Below are positions 28,401 to 36,768 of a DNA stretch of 44,400 bases, in pieces. Where the stretch lies: sequence record PV296021.1; one strand, 5' to 3'. The notes below the pieces were generated by a model. That model did not search any database and was not told where the DNA came from. It saw only the letters and a list, made by a program, of their open reading frames with translations. The stretch is from Enterococcus phage fHoEfm07. The position numbers and the translations under genes were made by a program. How positions within the stretch are numbered: position 1 is the stretch's first letter; every line of letters begins with the position of its first letter.

Positions 28401-29436
28401 ACATTTAGCAGTATGCGGACATGGACAGGGCGATCCTGGAGCAATGGGAAACGGATATGGCGAAGCGGAATTCACACGCACAATCTTAAAGCCAAAAATG
28501 GAAGCATGGGCGAAGAAATTGAAACATAATTCAATCGAATGGTATGACACAAGCAAAGACATGTATCAAAACAGCAATGCAGGCGGTGGAGCGTATTCAG
28601 TCAGCACAAGTTATGCAAGTGTTACAGAATTCCATTTGGATGCAGTAGCGAGCGGAAGCGCAACAGGTGGCCACGTGATTATCTCATCACAATTCAGCCC
28701 AGATGCGAACGATCTAGCTATCGCAAAAGTTTTGGAGAAATATGTAGGTTTGTGGGGATCATCAAAACCAACAGGAACATATAAACGAAATGACTTGCTG
28801 AATTTGAATGTATTCGCAAAACGTGGCATTTCTTATCGTTTAGTTGAATTAGGATTCATTTCAAGCAAAAAAGACGTGGATAACATCGTTAAAAACATCG
28901 ATGCCATCGCAAAAGGAATGGTCGAAGCGATTACAGGCGAAAAGATCGAAGGCGGATCATCTAACAACAACAGCAACAACAATGCGAAACCATCAACACC
29001 AAAAACACACGATCAAATCATCGCAGAAAGTAAACCAAAAACCGTTGGAAACTACGTTGGAAAATTGGAAGTATTCAACGAATTAAAATGGGGCATTTTC
29101 CGGATTGCTGGTTGGTTAGTGCCGATCAACGGTGCGCCTTATTTGAATCATGGATATGTATTTTGGAAAGAAGCAGGCACAGGAAAAGAAATTGGACGTT
29201 GCCCATCAAAAGGCATCGCGAGAAACGATGCCAATAAAGCATATGGATTGCCTAACGGCTTGAAATTCGGCCTTGATGGCACGCTAGACATCAAGAAATT
29301 TGCAGGCAAAAAAGTATATCCATGTTTGCGCAGAACAAACGACAAAGCAGGAAACAGCATTGCAGGCAAAGCAAATGGCAATGGTTGGATCGATATCGAG
29401 TTTCCGGAATACGTTTTGACAATTCCAAAAAGATAG
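28393..29436 (+). CDS. Endolysin: N-acetylmuramoyl-L-alanine amidase (Amidase_3-type catalytic domain) plus C-terminal cell-wall-binding region
   Basis: N-terminal LAVCGHGQGDPGAMGNGYGEAEF matches the GHGG-DPGA zinc-binding signature of Amidase_3 (CwlA-type). A Ser/Asn-rich linker (GGSSNNNSNNNAKPSTPKT) is followed by a C-terminal domain. Holin-adjacent. Confidence 0.8.
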   Translation: MSKHLAVCGHGQGDPGAMGNGYGEAEFTRTILKPKMEAWAKKLKHNSIEWYDTSKDMYQNSNAGGGAYSVSTSYASVTEFHLDAVASGSATGGHVIISSQFSPDANDLAIAKVLEKYVGLWGSSKPTGTYKRNDLLNLNVFAKRGISYRLVELGFISSKKDVDNIVKNIDAIAKGMVEAITGEKIEGGSSNNNSNNNAKPSTPKTHDQIIAESKPKTVGNYVGKLEVFNELKWGIFRIAGWLVPINGAPYLNHGYVFWKEAGTGKEIGRCPSKGIARNDANKAYGLPNGLKFGLDGTLDIKKFAGKKVYPCLRRTNDKAGNSIAGKANGNGWIDIEFPEYVLTIPKR

Positions 29437-29488
29437 TTTATTCTTTATTTTGTCGTATTAATTGGCATGTTACTTCCTAAGAGAAAAG

Positions 29489-29520
29489 TTCGGTCAGAAA
29501 TGGCCGTTCTTTTTTTATTT
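29489..29520 (+). terminator. Rho-independent terminator after the endolysin gene
   Basis: CGGTCAgaaaTGGCCG (one G-U pair) followed by ttctttttttatttatttttt. Confidence 0.6.
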
Positions 29521-29540
29521 ATTTTTTATGTAGTAAATTG

Positions 29541-29569
29541 TTGCAAATTGTAACATATCATGATATACT
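29541..29569 (+). promoter_or_regulatory. Strong sigma-A-type promoter (TTGCAA-17-TGaTATACT) carrying a 12-bp perfect palindrome ATATCATGATAT (29555-29566) over the spacer and -10
   Basis: -35 TTGCAA, 17-nt spacer, extended -10 TGATATACT. The palindrome ATATCATGATAT is its own reverse complement. Confidence 0.6.
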
Positions 29570-29599
29570 TAATTCAGAAAGTTAAAGGAGGAAAAACAA

Positions 29600-30049
29600 A
29601 TGATTAGATCAGAAGTAGAGTTGGAAAAAGATTTATTGGATTTTTTACAAAAAGTGTTGGATTTTAGAAAGCGTGAAGAAATGCGAGGTTTATATGCCTA
29701 TGTGACAATCGAACAACCTATCTTTGCTAAAAAGGTTAACATGCTTGAACAATTTACCACAACAAACAACGGCGATGTAGTTTTTGTTTCAATCATTGAA
29801 AGGGAAGAAGAAATGAAAAAAGTAGAGGTTAACGGATATTTCAATTTATACAAATGTAAAGATGGAGTTTGGGATGGTGCTTTCGTTTGGTCAAGCACTG
29901 ATTATTCGGCTCTATACACATTTTTAGTTGATGTGGATAGCTTGGAAAAATTGGGTTACGACTACGAAGGATATAGACTTGTAGAGGTCAACGGCATTCA
30001 ATGCATTCCAATGACATTTTCAAATGCAGAAGTCGAAAGAGTTTGTTAA
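29600..30049 (+). CDS. Moron-like hypothetical protein (149 aa) with its own promoter and terminator
   Basis: RBS AAAGGAGGAAAAA. Bracketed by the promoter at 29541 and the terminator at 30052. Mixed alpha/beta sequence with no recognisable catalytic motif. Sits between the lysis and early genes. Confidence 0.5.
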   Translation: MIRSEVELEKDLLDFLQKVLDFRKREEMRGLYAYVTIEQPIFAKKVNMLEQFTTTNNGDVVFVSIIEREEEMKKVEVNGYFNLYKCKDGVWDGAFVWSSTDYSALYTFLVDVDSLEKLGYDYEGYRLVEVNGIQCIPMTFSNAEVERVC

Positions 30050-30051
30050 CA

Positions 30052-30083
30052 AAAAAATGCCGGGTGTAAAATCCCGGCTTTCT
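30052..30083 (+). terminator. Rho-independent terminator after the moron gene
   Basis: aaaaaaatGCCGGGtgtaaaatCCCGGCtttct. An A-tract upstream and T-tract downstream make it potentially bidirectional. Confidence 0.65.
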
Positions 30084-30095
30084 AGGAGGTAAAAA

Positions 30096-30311
30096 ATGAA
30101 GCCTAGTGTATCTTTGGAAAAATACAAAGAAATTATTTATGGATGTGATCATCAAGAATTGCACATCGAAGCAAAGGGATTTTTGAATGGCGGAATAAAC
30201 GAACACAACGAAGCATATGCGATCGCTTTATATGGGCGGTTGTGTATGTTAGGCAGTTGGATTTCAGCATTATTAGGGGAGGAAATAGAAAAATGGAAAG
30301 AAAACAAGTGA
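30096..30311 (+). CDS. Hypothetical small protein (71 aa)
   Basis: Strong RBS TAGGAGGTAAAAAATG immediately after the terminator. Overlaps the downstream HTH gene. Confidence 0.4.
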   Translation: MKPSVSLEKYKEIIYGCDHQELHIEAKGFLNGGINEHNEAYAIALYGRLCMLGSWISALLGEEIEKWKENK

Positions 30312-30496
30312 ACACAGCAAGAATTCGTGTACAAATGAAAATGAGAGGGGAAACAGATGAAACGATGGCGAAGCGTTTAAACGTTTCACGTGTAACATAC
30401 AACAAATTGATCAATAACAAATATGTTTCCGGAAACGCCGATGCTTATATCGAAACCATCGAAAAAATTCTTGGCATGGATCAAAATATCAGATAA
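30293..30496 (+). CDS. XRE-family HTH DNA-binding protein (Cro/Aca-like), about 67 aa
   Basis: Internal ATG (Met18 of the tracked ORF 30242) with RBS GGGGAGGAAATAGAAAA. HTH signature ETDETMAKRLNVSRVTYNKLIN. First regulator-like gene of the early region. Confidence 0.55.
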   Translation: MERKQVNTARIRVQMKMRGETDETMAKRLNVSRVTYNKLINNKYVSGNADAYIETIEKILGMDQNIR

Positions 30497-30512
30497 AAAA
30501 GGAGAATGAAAG

Positions 30513-31514
30513 ATGATAGATTTTGAAAAAGTAAACGAAAACATTTTGCGCACACAGGATGGCAAAGAAACAAAAGAATACACTTACAGCGCAACTGATG
30601 GCGAACGTGGGATGTCAGATGAAGAAGTTTTGATGTTTCAGCTACACAAAGAAAATGATGAACTGAAAAAAATGATCGAGGAATCAAATCAAGTGATCGA
30701 TCAAGCAGGCATGATCAAATCGCTTGCAAAGATGGCACAAAAGATCGCAAAAGTGATCGAGCAAACGAAAACGATTGAAAAATCCGGTTGGAATAGTTTC
30801 CACAAATACGAATATGCAACAGAATCAGATGTGAAAAAAGGCGTTCGAAACGTAATGGCCGAAAATAAACTGATTTTAATGAACAACGTCAAAAAGTATG
30901 AAGAAAACATCGTTCAGACAAAAAACGGCGGAAAAGAATCACAAGTGAAATTGCACATCGAATATACTTTGATCGACACAGAAACAGGATTTTCAAAAAC
31001 GTTCACAAAGATTGGTGTGGGTCAAGATGCCGGCGATAAAGCTTTCTACAAAGCCGAAACAGGCGCTTTGAAATATGCTTTGACAACGTTGTTCTTGCTT
31101 CCTAGTGGCGATGGCGATCCGGAGATAAACAGCCAGGAAAACGATGGCACAGATGCAAAAAGCAAACCGCAAGAAAAAGACTTACTGAAAATGAAAACAA
31201 CAGCCGAATTCATTTTGAAAGCAACGAAATTAGAGCAACAAAAAACAATAGTCGGATTTTTGCAAGACGTAGCCAACAAAAACAATATTTTGGATGATAA
31301 AGGCAATGCAAAAAATCCGGATGATTTAACGGTGGCGGATGTGGCCAAAATGAACAATTATCTTTCTAAGTGGAAATTGAAAGTCATTGATGATCTGAAA
31401 ACACAGCAAAAACAAAACGAACAAATGGATAGAGAGAGAATGCAACAGCAAACAGAACGACAACATCAACAAGCAAAACAACAAAAAGATGCAAAAAGCA
31501 TTTTCGGGGGGTAG
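30513..31514 (+). CDS. erf: ERF-family single-strand annealing protein (recombinase)
   Basis: Motifs resemble P22 Erf as I recall it: NSFHKYEYATESDV (vs NSFGKYKYRS) and ETGALKYALTTLFLLPSGDGDPE (vs SYARKYCLNGLFGIDD). Gln/Lys-rich C-terminal tail. Confidence 0.7.
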   Translation: MIDFEKVNENILRTQDGKETKEYTYSATDGERGMSDEEVLMFQLHKENDELKKMIEESNQVIDQAGMIKSLAKMAQKIAKVIEQTKTIEKSGWNSFHKYEYATESDVKKGVRNVMAENKLILMNNVKKYEENIVQTKNGGKESQVKLHIEYTLIDTETGFSKTFTKIGVGQDAGDKAFYKAETGALKYALTTLFLLPSGDGDPEINSQENDGTDAKSKPQEKDLLKMKTTAEFILKATKLEQQKTIVGFLQDVANKNNILDDKGNAKNPDDLTVADVAKMNNYLSKWKLKVIDDLKTQQKQNEQMDRERMQQQTERQHQQAKQQKDAKSIFGG

Positions 31515-31520
31515 ATAATA

Positions 31521-32567
31521 ATGGCAAACGAAATTCAAAAACAAGATAACAACATTGCAGACGTTTTGAAAATGGAGATCACGCCGGCCGTGATCTCTTT
31601 CCCAGGGGAAAAAGAATTGCGTGCTTATTTAGATGCAGAAATGAAAAAATATAAAAGCCTGGTAATCACTGATGAAAATATCAGCGATGCTAAAAAAGCA
31701 AAAACGTATTTAAATAAAATGAAAAAAGCGTTAAACGATGCCAGAATTCAAAAAGAACGTGAAGTGATGCAACCTTTTAACGAATTCAAAGCATCAATCG
31801 AAACATTGATCAAACAGCTTGATCAAACCATCGATCCAATTGATCAAAAAATCAAAGAAGCGGATGCATTGGCAAGAGAGCAGAAGAAAGAGAAAATCAA
31901 AAAAGAGATCATGGAAATAATAGATGGCCATGAAATTCCAGAAGAAGAAGCCGGCTTTTTTGAGATTGATCCGAAGTGGTTAAATAAAACGGCAAAAATG
32001 AAAGATATTAGAGAATCACTTGTCATGCAAGCAAGATCATATTTGCAACAAAAGAAGGAATACGAAGACGGTGTGAAACTTATCCACAACCTATCAAAAA
32101 CGCTTGACGTTACAGAAGACAATTACATCGAACTATTTAAAGACGGCATGAGCATCGATGATGTTTTAGCTTTCATGAAAAGAGAGAAAGAAAATCGTGA
32201 CCAATTGCGAGCAGAAGAAGAGAGAAAACGCCAGGAAAAAGAGTTGCGAAAATCCCAGGAAGAACAAACGAAGCAAGAAGAACAGCCCGATCCCGATTTC
32301 GATTATTTGGCCGGCATTGATCCCGAAGAATACCAGGGAGAAAAATCAGATGTGCAGTTCGATCTTACAGGGCTAAAAGGTTTTGATTTTGAAACAGGAG
32401 AAGTCTTTGAGAATGATTTGCCGGAAATAGAAAGTGACGTTCAAACGGTCACTTTGAAACTAAGCGGAACATATGAAAATTTAGAGCGTTTGAATAACGT
32501 TATGCAAGATTTGGGAATTTCATTCGAATTGATCGATCTTGCAAATGATTATGTACGTATCAGATAA
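31521..32567 (+). CDS. DUF1351-like phage protein (commonly paired with ERF/Sak recombinases)
   Basis: 348 aa. N-terminal ITDENISDAKKAKTYLNKMKKALNDARIQKERE-type region. Charged coiled-coil middle. Immediately downstream of erf. Confidence 0.45.
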   Translation: MANEIQKQDNNIADVLKMEITPAVISFPGEKELRAYLDAEMKKYKSLVITDENISDAKKAKTYLNKMKKALNDARIQKEREVMQPFNEFKASIETLIKQLDQTIDPIDQKIKEADALAREQKKEKIKKEIMEIIDGHEIPEEEAGFFEIDPKWLNKTAKMKDIRESLVMQARSYLQQKKEYEDGVKLIHNLSKTLDVTEDNYIELFKDGMSIDDVLAFMKREKENRDQLRAEEERKRQEKELRKSQEEQTKQEEQPDPDFDYLAGIDPEEYQGEKSDVQFDLTGLKGFDFETGEVFENDLPEIESDVQTVTLKLSGTYENLERLNNVMQDLGISFELIDLANDYVRIR

Positions 32568-32590
32568 ACCATTCAAATTTGAAACATTTT

Positions 32591-32623
32591 CCGGCCGATT
32601 TGGCGTTTTAAACGTCCGGCCGG
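32591..32623 (+). terminator. GC-only stem-loop (CCGGCCG...CGGCCGG, 19-nt loop); possible terminator or protein-binding site
   Basis: A 7-bp all-GC stem that stands out in AT-rich DNA. No clean T-tract follows. Confidence 0.3.
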
Positions 32624-32676
32624 CTAATTATTCATGAAAAGAGTAAAACGGCTTAAAAACGAAAAGAGGTGGCATT

Positions 32677-33354
32677 TTGAGCATCGGGAAAATAATCGGT
32701 AAAAACGAAAAATATTTGATGATCAAAATGGATGAAGATATAAACGAAAACTACATGAAGTTGCTTGCAGATGGCGGAAGCAATTGGATCGATGTCCGGT
32801 TGATCGATAACCGACCACGGTCGGTGGTACAGAATGCTTTATCTCATGCGCTTATTCGAGATATTGCAAGAAGTCAGCTAGATGATCCACGTTATATCGA
32901 AGAAGTGTTGAAATACGAATTTTATGAACGTACCGGCATCGACTTCTTTCATTCGGTGGCAACAGTAGACGAAGCCAGGAAATGGATTTCGTTTTTGATT
33001 GATCTCATGCTTGAGTTTCGTATTCCATTCAAAAAACGATATGCCTATCTTTTTGAGGATTCCACCTGGTTTTATCAAGCATGCAAACATCGTGTTTGTG
33101 CCGTTTGTGGAAAAGAACATGCAGACATCCATCACATAACGGCCGTAGGTAACAGAAAAAGGAAGCTAGTCGATCATCGATTGTTTCCGATGGTTGCGCT
33201 TTGCAGGGAGCATCATCAAATAGCGCATGCATTAGGTCAAATATTGTTTATTAAAAAATTCAAAATTATCCCGGTTTATTTATCGGGCGTTGATCTCGTT
33301 AAGATCGGCATCATGTCAAATGCGCAAATTAAAAGATTGGATGAGGTGGTTTGA
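32677..33354 (+). CDS. HNH endonuclease-domain protein
   Basis: C-terminal CxxC...D.HH...(28 aa)...CxxHH..AH pattern (CAVCGKEHADIHHITAV ... CREHHQIAH). TTG start with RBS AAGAGGTGG. Confidence 0.5.
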   Translation: MSIGKIIGKNEKYLMIKMDEDINENYMKLLADGGSNWIDVRLIDNRPRSVVQNALSHALIRDIARSQLDDPRYIEEVLKYEFYERTGIDFFHSVATVDEARKWISFLIDLMLEFRIPFKKRYAYLFEDSTWFYQACKHRVCAVCGKEHADIHHITAVGNRKRKLVDHRLFPMVALCREHHQIAHALGQILFIKKFKIIPVYLSGVDLVKIGIMSNAQIKRLDEVV

Positions 33355-33719
33355 TGGAAAAGAGAATGGAAGCATTAGTGTTGATCGATTTTGCCAGGTA
33401 CAAAAAGGATTTATACAAGACGAAAAAGAAACTTGAATCATTTGCAGATTTTTTGTTTAGTGTACACGATGAATATATGCAATTTTCGGCAGTTAATTAT
33501 CTAGGGGAAACGATAGCAAGAGAATATTTCCCGGAAGAATTGAAAGACGATTTGCATGCCATCGTAAAAAATGCGATCGAAGGGATCAACAAAGAGATAG
33601 ATCAAGCGGAAATGATTATTCAGAATTATCGAGCAGACGAAGCAAGCGAAGTTTTGAATGCTTATAACAAAGCTAGAATCAGAAGTGAAAAAATAAAAAG
33701 AAAAGGCGGTTTGGTGTGA
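33351..33719 (+). CDS. Hypothetical protein (122 aa)
   Basis: Translationally coupled (ATGA overlap) to the HNH gene. No recognisable motif. Confidence 0.4.
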   Translation: MMEKRMEALVLIDFARYKKDLYKTKKKLESFADFLFSVHDEYMQFSAVNYLGETIAREYFPEELKDDLHAIVKNAIEGINKEIDQAEMIIQNYRADEASEVLNAYNKARIRSEKIKRKGGLV

Positions 33720-34033
33720 TGAAGCAAAAAATATCGAATGAACGAAAATACGTGCTGATTTCAAATAGAAATAAAGGCGATAAAGATAAATTGTTGTTTT
33801 GGGGTCAATTGACATGGGATGATGAACGGCGAAGCTTTTCGGGATATACTCACGATTTCACTAAGTGCGAAAGATACACGTTGGAAGAAATTCAAAAAGC
33901 TAATTTCCCGAAAGAATATTTGGAAAAATTCAATCTCAAAGATTGGGTGGATTTTAAAGGCGAAACATTTTATTGTACCGCATTAGAATTGATCGAGATC
34001 ATGGGAGCGCCTAAGACTGTTTTTGTTTATTAA
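33716..34033 (+). CDS. Hypothetical protein (105 aa)
   Basis: ATGA overlap with the upstream gene. Followed by an AT-rich hairpin plus T-tract (about 34045-34078). Confidence 0.4.
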   Translation: MMKQKISNERKYVLISNRNKGDKDKLLFWGQLTWDDERRSFSGYTHDFTKCERYTLEEIQKANFPKEYLEKFNLKDWVDFKGETFYCTALELIEIMGAPKTVFVY

Positions 34034-34086
34034 TAGCAAAGGCCATCTTTCTTGAAAAAGAAATTTGGCTTTTTTAAATATTTTAC

Positions 34087-34141
34087 TTGTGCAATCAGTT
34101 GTACAATGATACAATGATCTTGTGAACAACCAATTGCACAA
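34087..34141 (+). promoter_or_regulatory. Promoter/operator cassette copy 1: TTGTGC-17-TGaTACAAT promoter embedded in four TTGYRCAA-type palindromic half-site pairs
   Basis: TTGTGCAAtcagTTGTACAATGATACAATgatcTTGTGAACAAccaaTTGCACAAaaGGAGGGG. About 80% identical to the cassette at 37333-37389. Confidence 0.55.
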
Positions 34142-34150
34142 AAGGAGGGG

Positions 34151-34342
34151 ATGGACATGGCAAACAAAGTGGATCGTGTCGAGTTGGAAAAAATGCGACT
34201 AGACAGCGGAAAAGAGTGGAAAGAGGTTGCCGAAGAAGTTGGCATGACAAAGTATTATCTTTCAAGATTGATCAATGGCGGAACAGGTCAAGAAGCCGTT
34301 GATAAATGGCTGCCAAAAATCAAAAACGCTTTGAAGCGATAA
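34151..34342 (+). CDS. Small HTH DNA-binding protein (63 aa), first gene behind promoter/operator cassette 1
   Basis: KEWKEVAEEVGMTKYYLSRLINGG helix-turn-helix segment. RBS AAAGGAGGGG. Confidence 0.5.
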   Translation: MDMANKVDRVELEKMRLDSGKEWKEVAEEVGMTKYYLSRLINGGTGQEAVDKWLPKIKNALKR

Positions 34343-34443
34343 AATCGTTTCTAAGACGTTTTGAAGCCTTTTGGGGTAATCATCCATGAAACGGATTAAA
34401 ACGCCGGAAACAAAAAAAGAAGTGGGAGAGGGAACGAAATAGC

Positions 34444-35205
34444 ATGGCAAAGATGAAAAAGGTAAAAAAAGATCATTTTGTTGTGATTGATAGCAATCTG
34501 ATTCGTGATGATCGGCTTTCATGGAAAGCACGTGGCATTTTCGGTTATTTGTGGTCAATGTCCGATGATTGGGAATTCTACGAAAAAGAAGTGATGAAGC
34601 ATTCAGCGGACGGCCTGGCATCTTTACAAAGCGGATTGAAGGAATTAGAACGATATGGCTATCTAAAGCGTATCAAGGTTCGTGACAAAGGGAAATTCAA
34701 AGGATATGAATGGTTATTGACGGATACGCCAGAAATCATCAAAAATGAAGAAAATGGCGATATACCAACGAATGAACCGAAATCAGAAAATCCGATCTCG
34801 GAAAAACCGTTCTCGGAAAAACCGTTCTCGGAAAATCCGATACTAAGTAATATAAATAATAAGCATTATCAAATACAAGAAAAATCAACAGAAGAAAAAC
34901 CTATGAGCGAATCAAATGATTCACTCGCAGAAGCGTTCGAAAAGCTTTGGAAATTGTATCCGAACAAAAAAGGCAAAAAGCCGGCTTTCACAGCATACAA
35001 ACGAGCGATCAAAAAAGGAACGACAAACAAGCAGATTCAAGATGGCATTGTCAGATACATTGCAGAAATCAAAAAAAGACGTACGCCGATCGACAAAGTG
35101 GCACATGGATCAACGTTCTTCAATCAAGAAAGATGGTTGGATGATTATGATCAACAAGCAACAGTTTCAGACGGTGGAAACAAATATTCTAATTTGGGAT
35201 GGTGA
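34444..35205 (+). CDS. Phage replisome organizer / DnaD-like replication initiator
   Basis: N-terminal FVVIDSNLIRDDRLSWKARGIFGYLWSMSDDWEFYEKEV...LKELERYGYLKR matches the phage replisome-organizer N-terminal domain family. Contains in-frame 15-bp tandem repeats. Followed by a DnaC-like gene. Confidence 0.65.
   Translation: MAKMKKVKKDHFVVIDSNLIRDDRLSWKARGIFGYLWSMSDDWEFYEKEVMKHSADGLASLQSGLKELERYGYLKRIKVRDKGKFKGYEWLLTDTPEIIKNEENGDIPTNEPKSENPISEKPFSEKPFSENPILSNINNKHYQIQEKSTEEKPMSESNDSLAEAFEKLWKLYPNKKGKKPAFTAYKRAIKKGTTNKQIQDGIVRYIAEIKKRRTPIDKVAHGSTFFNQERWLDDYDQQATVSDGGNKYSNLGW
34783..34842 (+). repeat. Four tandem 15-bp direct repeats (tcRgaaaaWccgWtc) inside the replisome organizer gene; candidate origin iterons
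   Basis: tcagaaaatccgatc / tcggaaaaaccgttc / tcggaaaaaccgttc / tcggaaaatccgata, encoding SENPISEKPFSEKPFSENPIL. Confidence 0.5.
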
Positions 35206-35211
35206 TACCTG

Positions 35212-36090
35212 GTGGAAAACATGAGAGATTCAATGCAAATGCTTATGAGCAAGTTCATGATCAAAACGGATGAAATGTGCGAAATCCACGGAATTTCGAA
35301 AGTGATTGCCAGAAATCAAAACGACATGAAACCTTTTTGCGTTGAATGTCGCAGGTTGGAAATCGAACAGCAAAACAAAGAAAGAGCGGATAAAGCCTTG
35401 CAAGCAGATATCAAGCGAAAAACATATGATGCACTGAAATATGATTCGATTTGCTCGGATGATGATGTTTGGAAAGCATCTTTCGACACGTTCCGGACGG
35501 ATGGCAAAGATGCAGAAGCTTTGAAGATCGCAAAAGACAAAGCCAGACACATTGCCGGAGAGTACCTGGCGAAACGAATTGAAGTTGACGAAAAAGGGAA
35601 AAAGAAGATCGTTAGAAACGAATTCAATACGATTTTAACAGGCCCGGCCGGATCGGGAAAAAGCCATTTGGCCATGTCGATTCTTAAAGCCGTTAACGAA
35701 CATTCCGATCCCTGGCAAAGTTGCATTTTCGTTTCAACAGTCGATTTGTTGATGCTTATCCGGGATAGTTTTGGCAAACCGGATTCGAAATTTTCAGAAG
35801 CAAACATGATCAATTTGTTAACAAGTTGCGATTTGCTCGTATTGGATGATCTAGGAACAGAATCAAGTTTGGTAAGAAGTGCGAATGAATCATCGGATTT
35901 TGTGCAAAAAGTTTTGTTTAGCATCTTATCGAGGAAAAGGACAATCATCACGACAAATCTTTCATCGGGTCAATTGATGGATATGTACAATCCTAAAATC
36001 ATTTCTCGAATCAATAAGGGAGTAGGATTTGACGGAAAGCACGTGATCAAGATGCCGGATGATGTCGAAGACAAACGTATTTTATTCTAA
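35212..36090 (+). CDS. DnaC/DnaI-like helicase loader (IstB-type AAA+ ATPase)
   Basis: Walker A LTGPAGSGKSHLA and Walker B LLVLDDLGTE. Directly downstream of the replisome organizer. Confidence 0.75.
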   Translation: MENMRDSMQMLMSKFMIKTDEMCEIHGISKVIARNQNDMKPFCVECRRLEIEQQNKERADKALQADIKRKTYDALKYDSICSDDDVWKASFDTFRTDGKDAEALKIAKDKARHIAGEYLAKRIEVDEKGKKKIVRNEFNTILTGPAGSGKSHLAMSILKAVNEHSDPWQSCIFVSTVDLLMLIRDSFGKPDSKFSEANMINLLTSCDLLVLDDLGTESSLVRSANESSDFVQKVLFSILSRKRTIITTNLSSGQLMDMYNPKIISRINKGVGFDGKHVIKMPDDVEDKRILF

Positions 36091-36091
36091 T

Positions 36092-36105
36092 GTTTCACAT
36101 GAAAC
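36092..36105 (+). promoter_or_regulatory. Inverted-repeat element GTTTCAcaTGAAAC (copy C), immediately upstream of the RBS of the 36128 gene
   Basis: TGTTTCACATGAAACcaaaaatcGGAGGGAAAattttATG. Near-identical to copy B over about 35 nt. Confidence 0.45.
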
Positions 36106-36127
36106 CAAAAATCGGAGGGAAAATTTT

Positions 36128-36565
36128 ATGAAATTAGTTATCAACAGCGAAAATTTGAAAGTATCGATCGAAGCAAAAGGAAATTTGGATGAACGTCATG
36201 TGATTTCAGCGTATCAGTTAGCAACAGGAGATTTCAAAGCTTTATTTGTGGAAGAAGAGCCAAAAACAGAAACAGTCAATTTAGATATCATAGAACTTGG
36301 AAAAAGGGTTTCCGGGGATATTTTACCAACAGTAGACAAAAAGCCTTTTGATCCAAGAGAAGCTGAATGGGTACAAACAGAATACATTTGTCCGGCGTGT
36401 GGGATGGAAGGGAGAAGAAACACGATAAAAACAAACAAATATGTCAAATGCTATGAATGCAATACGAAAATCAAACTAGAAAGAGCCGTGCCAGAAAACG
36501 AAGAAAAAGAAACAGACAAAGCAGGAAATTATTTCATCGCAAATGATTTCTTTGAAATTCAATAA
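36128..36565 (+). CDS. Hypothetical protein with C-terminal C4 zinc ribbon (CPACG...CYECN)
   Basis: Internal ATG (Met24 of the tracked ORF 36059) with RBS GGAGGGAAAA. CxxC-x17-CxxC. Confidence 0.45.
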   Translation: MKLVINSENLKVSIEAKGNLDERHVISAYQLATGDFKALFVEEEPKTETVNLDIIELGKRVSGDILPTVDKKPFDPREAEWVQTEYICPACGMEGRRNTIKTNKYVKCYECNTKIKLERAVPENEEKETDKAGNYFIANDFFEIQ

Positions 36566-36591
36566 ATAATCGGATGAAAGGTGGAAAAAAC

Positions 36592-36768
36592 ATGTGTAAA
36601 GTATGCAAAGGGGAAAAAGTGGTGGTTGTTAACGTTGGCGGAGGGATTGCATCTTTTCAACCTTGCCTAAAATGCAATAAACCAGAATACAACGAACGCC
36701 ACAAAGAAACATGGGCGGATTTGGAGCGCATTTTAAACGTGTGCGATCCTAATACTAAAATCGATTAA
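36592..36768 (+). CDS. Small CxxC...CxxC zinc-finger protein (58 aa)
   Basis: RBS AAAGGTGGAAAAAAC upstream of the ATG (Met7 of the tracked ORF). MCKVCKGEK...CLKCNKPE. Confidence 0.4.
   Translation: MCKVCKGEKVVVVNVGGGIASFQPCLKCNKPEYNERHKETWADLERILNVCDPNTKID

Noticed and set aside
29600-30049. Identity of the 149-aa moron protein with AcrIIA1 (same length, similar genomic position in some Gram-positive phages)
   Set aside because: No N-terminal HTH and no recognisable similarity to the AcrIIA1 sequence as I recall it. Only the architecture of the locus, not this identification, is reported as a finding.
29437-30500. Lysogeny module (integrase / CI repressor / attP) between lysis and early genes
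   Set aside because: No tyrosine or serine recombinase-sized ORF and no divergently transcribed repressor are present. The region holds only small + strand genes with their own promoter and terminator.
34783-34842. CRISPR-like array (short direct repeats)
   Set aside because: The repeats are only 15 bp, perfectly tandem with no spacers, and lie in-frame inside the replisome organizer gene. That is characteristic of origin iterons. No cas genes are present.
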